From: Dicyema japonicum
Taxonomy: Eukaryota; Animalia; Dicyemida
NCBI GenBank assembly: GCA_011109175.1
Contig: RDEW01000018.1
Span: forward strand, 979,222-1,043,221
DNA length: 64,000 nucleotides
Direction: 5' to 3'
Shown: positions 1-13,606 of the stretch, piece after piece
Layout of the letters: each line of letters starts with the position of its first letter
Position numbering within the stretch: the stretch's first letter is position 1
Notes under the pieces: model-generated
Told to the model about the DNA's origin: nothing
The model's database searches: none
The model's input: the letters and a program-made list of their open reading frames with translations, nothing else
Made by a program: the position numbers and the translations under genes

Positions 1-2089
1 GCTCTAAAGGGACGGAACGCTTTCGAAGAAATTAAAAAAAATAAGGATAGAATCTATGGTAAAATCCCACGTGACTCTAGACTTGAAACACGGGGAAAAG
101 AAACCCCTTTTCGCTAATTCCGATGACGTCCAAAGAGATCAGTTTACCCAAATTGGAGAGAATGGTGATACAATCACCGACGAATATATCGACACGAATT
201 ATGTCGACGGAAAAGAAATCACAAACCAGATAAAGTAAAGACTTGAATCATTTAGATGCTCTGAATGCATGTACCCAAGAAAATTCAACGACGGGGCCGC
301 GTTCTGCTTAAATTGTGGTGCAAGAGTCAAAACCTTCGTCCAGGTCTCACGGCAACCATACTTTACTAAGGTTTTAACGGAAATGTAATGTAGATGGCCC
401 ATTGTTTGAGCTGCAAGTCGTTTGTCCCCCAGAATTTGAGTTGTTGCCTCATTTGTGATAAACCATTGGTCAGAAATTTTAGCAAACCTCCCCCATTTGA
501 ATCTTGGAATGGAAAAATTTGTCTAAACTGTGGACAAAACAACCCGGAAGAGGAAAATGTTTGCATGGAATGTAATTACGACCTCAATAAGGGATTTGTG
601 GGAGTTTGTGCTATTCTACAATTTCTAGGCCCACCACATTCAGGCTTCAAGCACGGATGCTTTGAAGTCTTCAAAACTCTTTGACAAAATCAAAATATGT
701 GGCAAATGCACACGAACCTGCATGGGGGACTCTCGTTTCTGTGACTGGTGTGGACATAATGTACAATCTTGTCCCCAATTTAGCTCCCCACGTGCAACGA
801 AAGCCTGTGCTGCACTCACTGTGGATGTGCCAACATAGGAACCGCCTCTTTCTGTGCCACTTGTGGGTACATGCTATGTCCTCCCCAGATTTCTATCCCC
901 TGGTAATCTTTTCGGTCACGTGGTTATAGGAAACGATTGGAACCCCAAGTTAAAGTATTCGATTTATGAAATGTTACAGCCTGAATCCTCTTTGAAAGAA
1001 ATCATGGTCGAAATCCCTAAGGCCAGTGTTGGGACTCAAACAGTCGGGTTGTACTACCCTTCACAAAAGGAACTCGAACAGGCAGAAACTAAATCGAGGG
1101 GACCTCCCAGCTGTGTTTCCTCCAAAAGACCGATTCTATCTCCCTTCAGTCCCGGAAAGGGTATGGATTTGCTCATTCCAAGATTTTTGGAGACAGCAGT
1201 TAGACCATATATTCGGTCTTTTTAGACATTTCTGCCAACAGGAGAAAGCGATTCGAGAAGACATTTCCTATGCTCAAATGGGAAAGGTTAATTTACATAT
1301 AATTTTAGCTACTCGAAGCAAAAGTGGGGGAGGGAGTTAACGATGAGTTGATATTGACGATAAAATTCGCAACAAAATGTGGAGTTTATAACAACAGATA
1401 CCTTTCCAATGTTGACTTTGATTCTCTTCTTACTGATGATGACTGTGAGCTAATTTACTGAATTTACAGTTGAATCAATGATAAGTTACCAAACTACGAT
1501 CTTTGAAGATACCCCAAAGGTCCCTCGACCTCCTCTACCAAAGAAGGAATCGATAAAGAAGACGTCGAAGGTCGTTAAAGTATTAATCATAGAAACCCAT
1601 CCTTTCGCTAAATTCTCAGCTTTTAAGAGAAATAAGTCGTCCTGGGAAAGATCCTTCGCAAATTTCGAGATTTCTTGATGAGGGTGCTAGTCCCTCCTGT
1701 AAGACGCAAGAAGGGGTCCCTGCACTATTTTTATGTATTCGGAAGCAAAAGCCCGACTTTATTAAACTCCTCATAGACGCGGGAGCAAAAGTAAACAAAA
1801 AATGGCCGCCGTACATAAAAATTGTGATTTTAATAGAATTGAGAATACCGCCTTGCATTATGTGATCTACGGGGGAGATGACAAAATCGACATGTTGGAG
1901 GAGTTGTTGGCGTAAGGATGACTTGTTATAATTCTAAGAAACCGGGGTGACCCGAAAATAGAAAACACAAACGGAGACACCGCTTATGACTTGGCGATCA
2001 AACACGATTTTTTCAAACTGGCCGAACGACTACTTTTGGTAGAAGAACAGCAAACCGCAAAAAGGGAAATTGAAAAATATTTAAATTGA
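1..2089 (+). CDS. DZANK1: Double zinc ribbon and ankyrin repeat protein, 5' partial, many 21-31 nt introns
   Basis: Splicing (e.g. introns 59-80, 235-255) joins repeated CxxC...CxxC ribbons (CSEC..CLNCG, CLSC..CLIC, CLNC..CMEC, CGKC..CDWC, CTHC..CATC), then GTQTVGLYYPS, SPGK-FWRQQLDHI and C-terminal ankyrin repeats (LDEGASP, LLIDAGAKVN, NTALH, GDTAYDLA). Stop TGA at 2087-2089. Confidence 0.9.
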
Positions 2090-2382
2090 TTAGTTCTTTA
2101 ATTTGTCACGTTTATGTGGTTTATGCTTTAATTCCCACAAAATCCAAGGTTGGAGATGAAAATATGATCCAAAATAATTAATTTTAGGTAAAATCTTAAA
2201 AAGCAAATTTACTAACTAATAAAGCTTGAAAATTGAATTTAGCCAGAAAATTACGGTATTTTAAGAAGGAAATTACTGTTATGATTAGGCTGATTTTTGT
2301 CAATAAAGTCAAAAATTCTTAGTCAAAAATTCATGTTCTTTAAAATCGTAATGTCAGCAGCTGCTCTTTTCCATAGTTAATA

Positions 2383-2830
2383 TTATTGTTATTAACCCCA
2401 GGCTTACCATTTTATGCCCAGCACAAACAGTCATAACTAATTAATCCAAGGAAGGAACCAAAGGGAGAATATCTGCTTGTGCCGACCAAATCCATCTTCC
2501 AATACTTCATTACAGGCTTCCGCTTCCGAAAAAAAGTGGATAAATAGGTCCGCTTTTTTCCAAAGAAGAAGATATTGATTTTGTTTTTTTGTCGCACGTC
2601 CTACGGTCGCGGACATTACTTCATTCTTTAGCGGAATAGTTTTCATAATGCAATCTTCATTAGAAAGGTTGGTCAGGGAGAAAGGTAGGAAGATCCCTTT
2701 TAACAACTGTGTCGTGCCAGAAGGACTCTTTGTCTCACGGGTGGTATTTGTTTGACAAGAATTGACCTTCGCTGTCGTGCCAGAAGGACTCGTTGCCTCA
2801 CGAGTGGGATCTGTTTGACAAGAATTGACC
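2383..2830 (-). mobile_element. 5'-truncated SINE-like retroposon copy with 15-bp target-site duplication
   Basis: TTTCCATAGTTAATA flanks it at 2368-2382 and 2831-2845. Bases 2688-2830 are the reverse complement of the tail of the tRNA-headed element at about 50485-50570, with an internal ~63-bp tandem duplication. Ends in an AATAACAATAA tail. Confidence 0.75.
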
Positions 2831-3458
2831 TTTCCATAGTTAATAAATATTATTTTATTGTTAATTAATTTTTAAAAATTTTTAAAATTGTTTAAAACTT
2901 ATAAAAATCTGATTTTTAATCCAAAATGTTATATAAATCATAAGTTATAGTCAATAATATTATTTTTATTATAAAGTCAAAATAGTCAAAATGTTGGGTA
3001 ATGTCACAAAGGTCAAAATTTAATTTTTTAGGTCAATAAAATCAAAATTTTTATTGATTTTTATTTTTTATTTATTAATTTTTAGAGTTTTTGAATTAAA
3101 TTCTAACGTGTCACAACAGAATTTTTTATCTAAGAAACATCTCAAACTAGCAGTTTTATCAATTTTACTAGTATTTATCAGGTGCTACTGTAAAAATATC
3201 TGATTTTCTCATTATATTTACCGATTCTACAATCAAAGAGGTCACTGATGCTTAGTCGAATATGATATTCCTTGCATAAGTTGAACATTATATTTTACAA
3301 AACTTTTTTGAAAGTATAGGATATCTTTTATTTCCTTCTATGCAAAAGTGTAAAAAATTTATGCCAAAAGTAACTTGACCGAGACTATTTTTGAGTTTTT
3401 TAAACGTTTTTATTATAGAGCTGGAAAAGTTGGCTTGATCTACGAAATCGATATACAG

Positions 3459-3719
3459 TTATGTTATGTAATCCAAATTAAGTAGTGTTCGATCCTTGGA
3501 GATCTCATGAACAAGTTTTCTCCACTCTCCTCGATCCGTCGCAATTTGGAGTAGCCATGATATAGGCATTCCTGTGACGTCTTCCACCGTGGATAGCCAC
3601 CGAGTCCTTGGTCGACCAGGTTTTCTCTTCCCAGTAATATTGCTCAGCATAATGGTTATTTCCAGGGAATCAGAGCGTACAACATGCCCAAAAAACGCCA
3701 ATCTATGTTTTACGATATT
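3459..3719 (-). mobile_element. RTE-clade LINE 3' fragment (RT C-terminus)
   Basis: Translates RLAFFGHVVR...GKRKPGRPRTRWL...DRGEWRKLV, the typical RTE C-terminal motif. Cut off at the pogo terminal repeat. Confidence 0.8.
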
Positions 3720-5293
3720 CAGTAAACCCTCAGTAATCCGAACTAAAAAAATTCGGATTGTGAAGGGAATAAATATATTAATTTCATTGTAGTTAATATT
3801 TATGTTTTTACATATAATATTAATCTCTCCATTTTAGCATCAATAATTTCTTCGTCGACATTACAATCTTCACAAAGAATGACGATTTCGTTCTCGTCTA
3901 GCACTTCTGTTTAAGTTATTTCTTATCATTAGCAAATTCAGTTCTTTCGATACCCATTCAAAACAGGATCTTGCATTATATCTTCATTAGAAAATAATCA
4001 AGACATTTAATTGCCTCAGTCTTTTTAAAACAATTTTTATGGTCTTCTTTTACTTCGTGTTTGAGATACCATAATGATGGCTTTCCGTAAATTCGCAAAA
4101 AAATCTTTTTACAAATCAAGGGTATATAATTTAAAATAAGCCTTTTTCTTTAATAATGCTAAAGTTCTTGATTATGCCTACATCCATGGTTGAAGATGTG
4201 CAGTTGTGTTTTTTGGAAGGAATAAAATTTCAATTTTCAATAATTTCGTTAAAACGTGGAATATTATCAATCAGTAAAAAGAACTTTTTTCTGTAACATT
4301 TTAATTCATCAATATGATTAATGATGAAAACATTAAAAAGTTATGTTGTCATTCAAATCCTTTTATTTACATAGTACAATAATTTTCAAAGTCAAAATCT
4401 TTTAAAAATCTTGGTCTTTTATAGAGGCCAATAAAAAGGATTAATTTTTATTGTTCCAGTTTCATTAGCTCAAAGAGTCATAGTAATCCTCACTTTTGAT
4501 TGCTTTATGCCATTTCTATCTTTATATGAAATTGTTCTAAAAGGGTAAGATTGAAAAAAAGAATCTAGTTTCATCCATTTTTGCAATACGCCAGGGTCTC
4601 TTTTTTTAACTAATTATATTTGTCTATTCAAATTAATTTTATCTCGTGTTAAGCTGTTAGCTTCTCCGTGAAGAACTTTTTTCAAATCAAGGGTATCCTT
4701 TAAATCTGTGTAGCCTTTGCTTTTCAACAAATACTTTGGTTTATGAAATGATGATATCTTCAGTAATAAAACCATTAATTTCATCCATTCAACAAGTGAA
4801 TTATCAAGTTGATGATGTTTACCACTTGGCTGTCTTGTTAATCATAGTTTCACAATTTTCATTTTCACCATTTTTAAAAAATTCTGAAAGTGTAGAAATT
4901 CCCAATAAAGGTTCATTTTTATTTCACAGATATGCGATAATTCTCTGAGAGTCATATTTGATGTATTTTTATTTTACAAATATTAATTTTTCTAACAATT
5001 TGGTACTGTTATCCGAAATTTTTAATAAATGTCTTTCGGATTGCGGATTATGAAGTTTCGGTTTATTGAAGCCTGTTTGTGAAGTTCGGTTTATTGAAGC
5101 CTGTTTGGTTTATTGAAGCCATTATGAAGTTTCGGTTTATCGAAGCCTGTTTGGTTTATTGAAGCCTGTTTGGTTTATTGAAGCCATTATGAAGTTTCGG
5201 TTTATCGAAGCCAAGTATGGAAACTTTGTAAAATTTTGCTAATTCATCAAAAATTCTAATTATTGAAGTTTTCAGATTAATGAAGGTTTACTG
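3720..5293 (-). mobile_element. Degenerate pogo/Tigger DNA transposon with terminal inverted repeats
   Basis: Left TIR CAGTAAACCCTCAGTAATCCGAA (3720) matches the reverse complement of the right TIR, CAGTAAACCTTCATTAATCTGAA (ends 5293, followed by TA). Decayed DDE remnants LLIDN...NTTAHLQP.D.GIIKN near 4170-4290. Confidence 0.75.
5055..5212. repeat. Subterminal array of 7 GGTTTATYGAAGCC units in the pogo element
   Basis: Seven copies, separated by short linkers (TGTTT, ATTATGAAGTTTC and one longer variant). Confidence 0.85.
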
Positions 5294-5749
5294 TAAATAT
5301 ATGAGAATACACTAATAAATTTCTTGCATAAAAAACAGAAAATTTTATTTTTTAATACAAAGATAGGTGGAACTAATCTATTAAAATGAACTACGGAGCA
5401 ATTTATCAGCCATTTTATGTCAATATTGGTTTATAAATCGATAAAGATGACAGGGAAAACTTACTTAACCGTAGAAGACGCAGCTACCATAATAAAAATT
5501 TTATATTAGCAACAATTTATGGAGAATTAAGAATATAAATTTTCTGTTAATACGTTTTTTTTTTACTAAAAATTGAAAAAACATATTTCTCCATGCATAT
5601 ATGGCTAATTGAAAAAATATTATTCCACATCTATTCAGAAAAGATTTTTATTATTGATAAAATTATTTTCTAAAGACCGATATTTTAACATGAAAACGTT
5701 TTTATTTACATTATTCTATATTTTAATAAAGTTTAGATCAGTTTTTTTT

Positions 5750-6361
5750 NNNNNNNNNNNNNNNNNNNNNNNNNNNNNNNNNNNNNNNNNNNNNNNNNNN
5801 NNNNNNNNNNNNNNNNNNNNNNNNNNNNNNNNNNNNNNNNNNNNNNNNNNNNNNNNNNNNNNNNNNNNNNNNNNNNNNNNNNNNNNNNNNNNNNNNNNNN
5901 NNNNNNNNNNNNNNNNNNNNNNNNNNNNNNNNNNNNNNNNNNNNNNNNNNNNNNNNNNNNNNNNNNNNNNNNNNNNNNNNNNNNNNNNNNNNNNNNNNNN
6001 NNNNNNNNNNNNNNNNNNNNNNNNNNNNNNNNNNNNNNNNNNNNNNNNNNNNNNNNNNNNNNNNNNNNNNNNNNNNNNNNNNNNNNNNNNNNNNNNNNNN
6101 NNNNNNNNNNNNNNNNNNNNNNNNNNNNNNNNNNNNNNNNNNNNNNNNNNNNNNNNNNNNNNNNNNNNNNNNNNNNNNNNNNNNNNNNNNNNNNNNNNNN
6201 NNNNNNNNNNNNNNNNNNNNNNNNNNNNNNNNNNNNNNNNNNNNNNNNNNNNNNNNNNNNNNNNNNNNNNNNNNNNNNNNNNNNNNNNNNNNNNNNNNNN
6301 NNNNNNNNNNNNNNNNNNNNNNNNNNNNNNNNNNNNNNNNNNNNNNNNNNNNNNNNNNNNN
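5750..6361. other. Assembly gap (N run)
   Basis: Continuous Ns. Confidence 1.
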
Positions 6362-7094
6362 TGTTATTATTAACACATCAAGTGGACATGGTAGCCTCGA
6401 CAAGAAAATGGGAATTCTTAAGGATTTTTTGCATTCTATTGTATCTCCCATTTTTTTGGTGGAGCTTCTATACAAACAATTTGTTTTACCGAGCATCGGC
6501 CCAATCTCACAATTAGTGGAGAATGAAAAAGTAGTCTGAGACGGCTACAAATTTTATTCAATGGAGTTGTAAAAGTAGACTAATCAACACAAGTGAAAAC
6601 AAAAACTAATCAAAATAGAAAATGAGTGTAAATTCACAAACTGTTCATTCCATTTTTCGAATAAGGTCAGGTCATCACGGCAAACAAAAGGTCTTGTGTT
6701 TCTAAAGCATTTCTGAAGTGGTGAATATTTATAAGCTCAATCTGCCATATTCCCCAATAAAACCTGATCCAAAGAAATCGATGATATTTCTACCGACGTT
6801 AGCACCTTCAGTGGTTCCAAAGCAGCCTTTCTGAAATTCTTGTTTTATTCACGATTTCCTAAAATTTTTGTAACTAATAGTTAGTAACACTGGCCTCACT
6901 TACTTGTAGGAGTCTAGCGGCTATTAAGAAGGACGCAGCAAATGCTGTCGATTCCATAGATCGGTTATTCTTGTAGACGAACAGTGTAAAAATTTAGGAA
7001 ATTAAAAAAGTTATTTGCATTCAACTTAAAGAATTTGTAAAAGGCTATGTTAGATTTCGAGTGCATCTTATTTTTATGTAAAAAAATTATCCAT

Positions 7095-7206
7095 CTGCCG
7101 AAATTGGAAACCTGTTGGATGATGAGGCTGTGAGAATAGCTACCTCGCTTCGTCTTGGTCTTAAATTGTGTGCCGAAAGAAAATGCCGCTGTGGACGTTG
7201 GATCGA
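7095..7206 (+). mobile_element. CRE-like RLE non-LTR retrotransposon fragment
   Basis: IGNLLDDEAVRIATSLRLGLKLCAERKCRCG matches the pre-RLE zinc-knuckle segment at 41000-41120. Confidence 0.7.
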
Positions 7207-7899
7207 NACGAACAGTGTAAAAATTTAGGAAATTAAAAAAGTTATTTGCATTCAACTCAAAGAATTTTTAAAAGGCTATGTTAGGTTTCGAGTACATCTT
7301 ATTTTTATGGAAGATTAATTAGATTTTAATCCTTACAATGGTATCACTGTAACATCTTACACATATTTTAGAGTATACCGTTTTTTGTTTCTGAGTGCAA
7401 TATCTTAGTGATATTTTTTTAACTACTGTTTGGTAACTCTCTGGTAAGCGAATAGTCTGTCTTTAGCAACAAATTTATACAATTTTCTCTACAGACGAAT
7501 AACGTTAAATAAAATCAATGAGTAATTAATAATTATGTACACTTCTACATAAAGTGAATTTTTATAACAACAAAAAGATAATCAGATATATTGACTTTTA
7601 CCGATCGAATCATTACCAGTCTTCTTAACTGAACTTTTAATAAAAATGATTTTCCTCTTTATGCCACATATCATCGTTACTGATAAAAAATTTGTTAATG
7701 TGTAGATTATCTGAAGATATTAAAATCCAAGCTTCGTTTTTATTAAATTTGTGAAAAATGCTATTAGAATATTCGACGAATCGAAGTATAAAAGTGCATT
7801 GTCTTAAAGAATTTTTATGAATCGATAAACTTCAAGATTGCTTACCAACTTCGTACCTCACTTGGATATTCTTTTCAATAAACTATAAAATCATCTCTT

Positions 7900-8310
7900 A
7901 GATTGGTAGAACTCAATTATTACTTTTATTCTCAAGACTGGAAAGCAAAAGGGAGATCGAGCCATCTACCGTCATAACTCACTGACTTGCTCGAAAGCAA
8001 AACTACTTTAAAAGTAACACTTTAGCTGATACCCCATCACTTCCACAATCAAAATTTAACACGGATTTAGTATTGAACACGTCAAAGCCACCCTCATATG
8101 AATGGACAGAAATGGTTCCCATTGACATCGAAAAAGCCTTCGAAAATGCGTCGATTAAACATCTCATTTCCGAAAACTACTCCACTAACAAGATCAGACC
8201 GCAGATTAAGATCGAGATTGGCCCAGAACTCCCACTCCAATATGTAACCTATTCACCTCTAAGAGATTTGCGCTTTCCGAGACAGAACGTGAAAAACTTA
8301 ATAAGCTAAT
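7900..8310 (+). mobile_element. Decayed LINE reverse-transcriptase fragment
   Basis: KTGKQKGDRAIYR.. (RT domains 1-2) and IDIEKAFE (D..KAFD motif). Confidence 0.6.
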
Positions 8311-8536
8311 TTAAAAAAGTTTTCTTTCTAGTTGGTCGAAATCAATACTAGGAATCATGTTAAACGCGAGTTTACTAAACATTTATATATTCCTATTATT
8401 AATTTATTTTGTAAACCTAGTAATTGGAACATTCTCACAGCAATTGTTCTACTCATGAATCAAAAATTTTTTAATTAAATAAAATAGAAACAAATTTTTT
8501 AATAAATTATATGTAATAATAAATAAATAAATAATA

Positions 8537-8667
8537 TATGACATGCTGGATTGATTCAAAACTGACTATTTATATGAAGGCATCAGCTATTGTATTCATT
8601 TCGGATCAGGGTTAGAGAATAAGATTGGGTCATGGATTGGGTTAGAAGACCAGTCCAGCATGTCACA
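8537..8667. mobile_element. MITE-like element, 17-bp TIRs, TA target duplication
   Basis: TA|TATGACATGCTGGATTG ... CAGTCCAGCATGTCACA|TA; 15/17 complementary; 131 bp with no ORF. Confidence 0.65.
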
Positions 8668-8899
8668 TAATACTACCTAAAATATTGTAGATGATGTAAT
8701 ATTAACATAAAATAAAAGTAACATAAATGACGTTTTGTTCACACTGTAGAATCTGTTTCTGTAGAAGTGGAAACTGGATTCACTTCGTTGTTTTCTTTAA
8801 CTTCTTTCTCAGTTTATCTGGGTTAATAAATAAATTAATTTCACCGGTTCTGAAGGTTTATTTTACTTGAGTTTTAGTATCTCGGAAATTAGCAGAATG

Positions 8900-10030
8900 A
8901 TGAAACTTTCATATCGTTTTCCATGCACGTTGATCTTCGTACAACACAGCATCGAATCCAAGACTGGAGTCCAACAAGGCAACTCCCTTGGCTCCACTAC
9001 TCTTTGCCGTGGGCATCAACTGTGCAGTGACCGTCGGAAGAATCGGGAAATTGTGGCGACAGTGGTCGAGTCCGCCATCTCTGCACTATCAGCACATGGG
9101 TTAGAACCGAATCCGTATAAATGTGAAATCATAAACGTGGCTTGCGGAGGGAGAATTTTGACTGTGCAGTGGCTACGATTTCTATTTATCTCCTGGATGT
9201 CTTGGTCACCTGACTCGAAAACGCAATTTCTCTCGGGTCTCCTCTATACGGCTGTAGCATGTCCAACTCGGAAAAGAAAAATGCATCCTTTTAACATTTC
9301 ACATCCAATTCAAAACCCTGGACTCCCACGCGTCTTTAATCTTCCTCAGGAACTTTCACTTTACTCCACTAAGACATTTTTTTCTTCTATAGACACCCCC
9401 ATGTTTCACAACATGAACTTGTTAAGAGCCATCGAAAAGAAGCTTATGACTGTCTTTCTATCTTCGGCATATGCTACAAGTGGTCTCACATGGCAGATTC
9501 TACATTAACGGATCGGACGCTGAACCAGTGGCATGCATGGCTAGGAAAGTCTGATTCCCGAAGAGCGCTAATAGAAAACGAGAATGGGACAAGCTTTTAT
9601 GCTCAAAGATCATAGAAGAGACAAAATCTGTGCTTGAGCAGCATCTACTAGCTTGTCTGGCTTCTGCATCGACGAACGAAAGTGGTGTCTGGCTCAGCAT
9701 TACCATGCACCTCAATTGGGACACCATTGGATGTGATTTTTTCCGCCTCGAAATAGATGTTTGCACGATCCATCGATGTAAATTTGGAAGAANGACAAGC
9801 TTTTATGCTCAAAGATCATAGAAGAGATAAAACCTGTGCTTGAGCAGCATCTACTAGCTTGTCTGGCTTCTGCATCGACGAACGAAAGTGGTGTCTGGCT
9901 CAGCATTACCATGCACCTCACTTGGGACACTATTGGATGGGATTTCCGTCCGCCTCAAAATAGATGTTTGCACGATCCATCGATGTAAATTTGGAAGAAT
10001 GATCCACGCGAAAGGTCTTCACGCTCTTTC
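8900..10030 (+). mobile_element. Degenerate CRE-like RLE retrotransposon (RT and pre-RLE region)
   Basis: GVQQGNSLG RT motif and LASASTNESGVWL...DVCTIHRCKFG segment. Duplicated across the single N at 9793. Confidence 0.65.
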
Positions 10031-10669
10031 CTACTAGAGGAGTGCTGGAATGAGTCTAAAACACGACGCAATCTACGAAGTTATTGTTGGGGAATTGAGG
10101 CTGTTGGATTTCCTGTCCAATTGGAGCGACCCGGACTTGACCCATCCAACCAAAGACCGGACGGAACTTTTCTTTTCCCATGAAAAAGTAGTAGATACTT
10201 AGCCAAGGACGCCACCTGTGTGAATAGTATCTCTCCAACTTTGTTATGACAGCAACTAATCCAGGCTTTTCCTTGGAGAAGGTTGGGACCCTAAAGATGA
10301 TGAAATACGTATGTTTTTTTGGACAATTTATCTTTGAGCCAGTCGCTGTGGAAACGTCAGGAATCATAAGAAGCAAGTCACTTGTCCTACTAAACAGAAT
10401 CTGTTCCCTCATCTCGAGGAAGAAAAATAATTTAAGACAAAAGAGCACATTGAGCGCATTTCTTTTCAAATCGTTCTCAATTATGAGAGCAGCCAGTAGT
10501 TGTTTACTGTTAGTTTTTGCACTAAACTGTTTTTATTTAAAAAAAAGAAAGAATGTAATCACTTAATTAGTCGACATAATATGAAAAAATAGTGAATGAA
10601 CCCAATATTAAAGTTAAAAGCCAAAATAACCGATTATTAATTATAAAGTAACTATAATTGTGAACATTT

Positions 10670-13370
10670 TTGTTATATTTTAACAAGAAAATAGTAGTAA
10701 CAATCAATGAGAATGCAGCAGTTACACAAACAGCTATTATATTTTTGTTTTTTTGTCGAAAGCTTTGGATATATAAGGCAGACTGCGGTCAAACATCCTG
10801 TATATTCCAAAGCCTTCATAATTGACACGTTAACAGTGTACAAACAATCTCCTAAGACCGATTTTTTCGAAAAACCCACTGATGCTCCTTTAGTATATCA
10901 TTACGTTCTATATTTTCAGAATGTCTGTTGAATACAATTTTTTCCATAACTCTTGAGATCGTCGGTATAAGGCTTATGGGCCTATAACTGGTTGTTAAGT
11001 ACCCAGGTTTCTCAGATTTACTTATCATACTCGTCAATTTCCAATGCGAAGGTATATGACCCAACCTGATACTGCACGTAGAAACATCCCAGATATTCGT
11101 AGAGTAAATGGGGTGCTTCATTAAATAAACGAATAGCGATCTTGTCCNATGGGCCTATAACTGGTTGTTAAGTACCCAGGTTTCCCAGATTTACGTATCA
11201 TACTCGTCAATTTCCAATGCGAAGGTATATGACCCAACCTGATAATGCACGTAGAAACATCCCAGATATTCGTAGAGTAAATGGGGTGCTTCATTAAATA
11301 AACGAATAGCGATCTTGTCCTTTCCAGGAGCATTGTCTTTAGTGCATTTTACCGCATTTTCAACTTTACCAGCGTTTATAGGGCTGTGACGTAGAAGTAA
11401 AAACTAATTACTTTATTCAGTTTTTCTTTTATAGAACTGAGGGCCAAACGAGACAGTCGCTCATCAGCGTTAACCTGCTGTATTTTCGAGAGTTCATACC
11501 CAAACAGGTTAGGAATTTCTTCTAAAGATACAGGAGACTCATCATGACATTGCAACAGTGGAATTTCTTTTCTGGATTTACGTCCGGTTACTTTATTATA
11601 AACTTTCAAAAAGTTTGGTTTTTTTCGATACAACTCGCTGCACTGAGCTATCCAAAAATTATATTTAACTTTTTCTAATCTGCTTATTTCTTGTGTGATC
11701 ATCATAATTGTTAGCTCCATGAGCCTACAGTCATGGGGATCAGGACATCGACGTAGGTTGTTTTTCAAGCATTGTTTACTCTTCAAAATGACTATAACAT
11801 TTCTTGGTGTCAAATGAGAATTCTTGTTTAGAGGTACGATTTAAAAAAACAATTACAGAGTCACTCGAACTATCAAGATCCAGCTTGGAAGACTCCGAAT
11901 TACTAAATTTCCCAAAACGTTCCAAATATATAGCAATGCTTTTTCGGTAATGGTCCCAGTTTATACTTGTCAGATCATCGCGTACTAGAGCAGGCTTGAC
12001 CTCTAAAAGAGCTAGGTTGAGTTTATAAAGGATTGGTAGATGATCACCACCAATATCACCAACGGTCGTTCCAAAAATTGATGAACAGATTCCGATATTA
12101 ACGCCATTCCCAAATAATCCCATAATAGTGATTCGTGATCGAGGACATCACAACAGAAAACCCGGAAGACACAGACATATCTTTCAAAACAAAGCCGTCT
12201 CTGTTCGTCTCCAAACAACCAAACGAGGTATCTTTAGAGTTTAAGTCCCCCAAAAAAATCGAGAACGGTGGATTTTCATCATGAAAAAAATTCTCGATAA
12301 GATAAGGATACGAAAATAATTTTTTAGAATACATTCTTCTAATTTTCATCCACATATTTTTCACTCATACTTCCAGGTAAACAAACTCACACAATTCTTG
12401 GGAGATGACCCGTTCCTGCAACCGAGCCAGACTTCCATTTAATATCAAGAGAACAACATCTTTCAAGTTGAAAATTATCCTCACTTTTTAACTTCGTTTC
12501 ATCAACAATTAATATATCAACGGGATTGGTGGATAGCATATGCGCAAGTCCAGAACGCCTTCTCTTTAAAGATCTGGCGTTCAGCACAATGACAGTAAAA
12601 ACAGACTTCATACTTGTAGAACCTCTGCCTCTCCAAATAAGAGGACAGGTTCCTGACGTCAATTTATTTTTCAGAACAAATATAAACCAACAGCATTTAT
12701 CAATTCCAAGTCTGCAACTGGGCCTTCCACCAAATTAGGAGTACCGACAGTATTCCCTTTGTTCATGTAATTGGTAACAATGTTTGTGTTGTCAGAGGTT
12801 CCGTTAGAATCCACGGTCGACATTTTCGCGTCTATTTGGGTTGAAAAATCACATTTTAGATTTTCCCCAAACACTTTCAACAGCCTCAGCTTTAGCCCAC
12901 TTAACGGGTCGAAACAGCTTCTTAGTCATGTCTTTAGCACCTAGTTACCGGTTTTGTGTGCCATTCAAAACGAACTCTCTCGAACCCAAACACCATACCC
13001 AGTCTACAAGTGACGTGGCTTCCGCACAGACTTCAAAGTTTATTTTACAACAGGATGACTGCGCCCGTCCTTCATGAAACGTTGGGAAGAGAAACCAGGT
13101 CGTAGAGTTTCTGTAAAATAAAGATTCAAGTCATCATCTGAGACCCAAGAAGGGATTCCCTTCACAACACCAGTGGAAGGATATAGGACGGAAGTGGTAA
13201 AAACATGTCCATCAATACCAAATGGCGTTTTCAACTCAAAATCATCGACACAAGCGTTCATATCCTCTTTTGAGGCAAATTCAAGCGTGAATATGCCTGG
13301 TTTGCTTAATGTAATTCGTGCCTTACTGGCAGTCGCTGAGTTTGATTGTATGCTTTAACGTTTAATCCGT
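10670..13370 (-). mobile_element. Degenerate two-ORF APE-type LINE (ORF1, endonuclease, RT N-half)
   Basis: ORF1-like GVVKGIPSWVSDDDL; APE motifs IVLNARSL, DILIVDETKL, FLGDLNSK, GGDHLPI; RT motifs WKLTSM..K..KPG...SYRPISLIPTISRVMEK. Many frameshifts. Confidence 0.8.
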
Positions 13371-13606
13371 CCCAAAACCTTTTTTTAATTCCCAGATTCA
13401 CTACAAGAGAATCATAAGCCAAGTTAGACGAAGCAGTTTGTCCTGATACAACAATCTCATATAGTTAATTGGTGGGTATTTCAATCCCCTTCTTTGATTT
13501 AGACTTCACTGTCGGTTTACCTTCATTAGCCAATTATCCTTTCTTGACGCTTTCCCAACTTTACTTTTTGTCGAAATTTTGACACATATAACGCAATCTT
13601 ATAGAG

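Noticed and set aside
5055-5212. CRISPR-like repeat-spacer array
   Set aside because: Repeats are only 14 nt, the spacers are themselves repeated, the context is eukaryotic with no cas genes, and it lies inside a pogo element.
5609-6496. Long ORFs spanning 5.6-6.5 kb (and 46.5-47.5 kb)
   Set aside because: They exist only because Ns translate as X.
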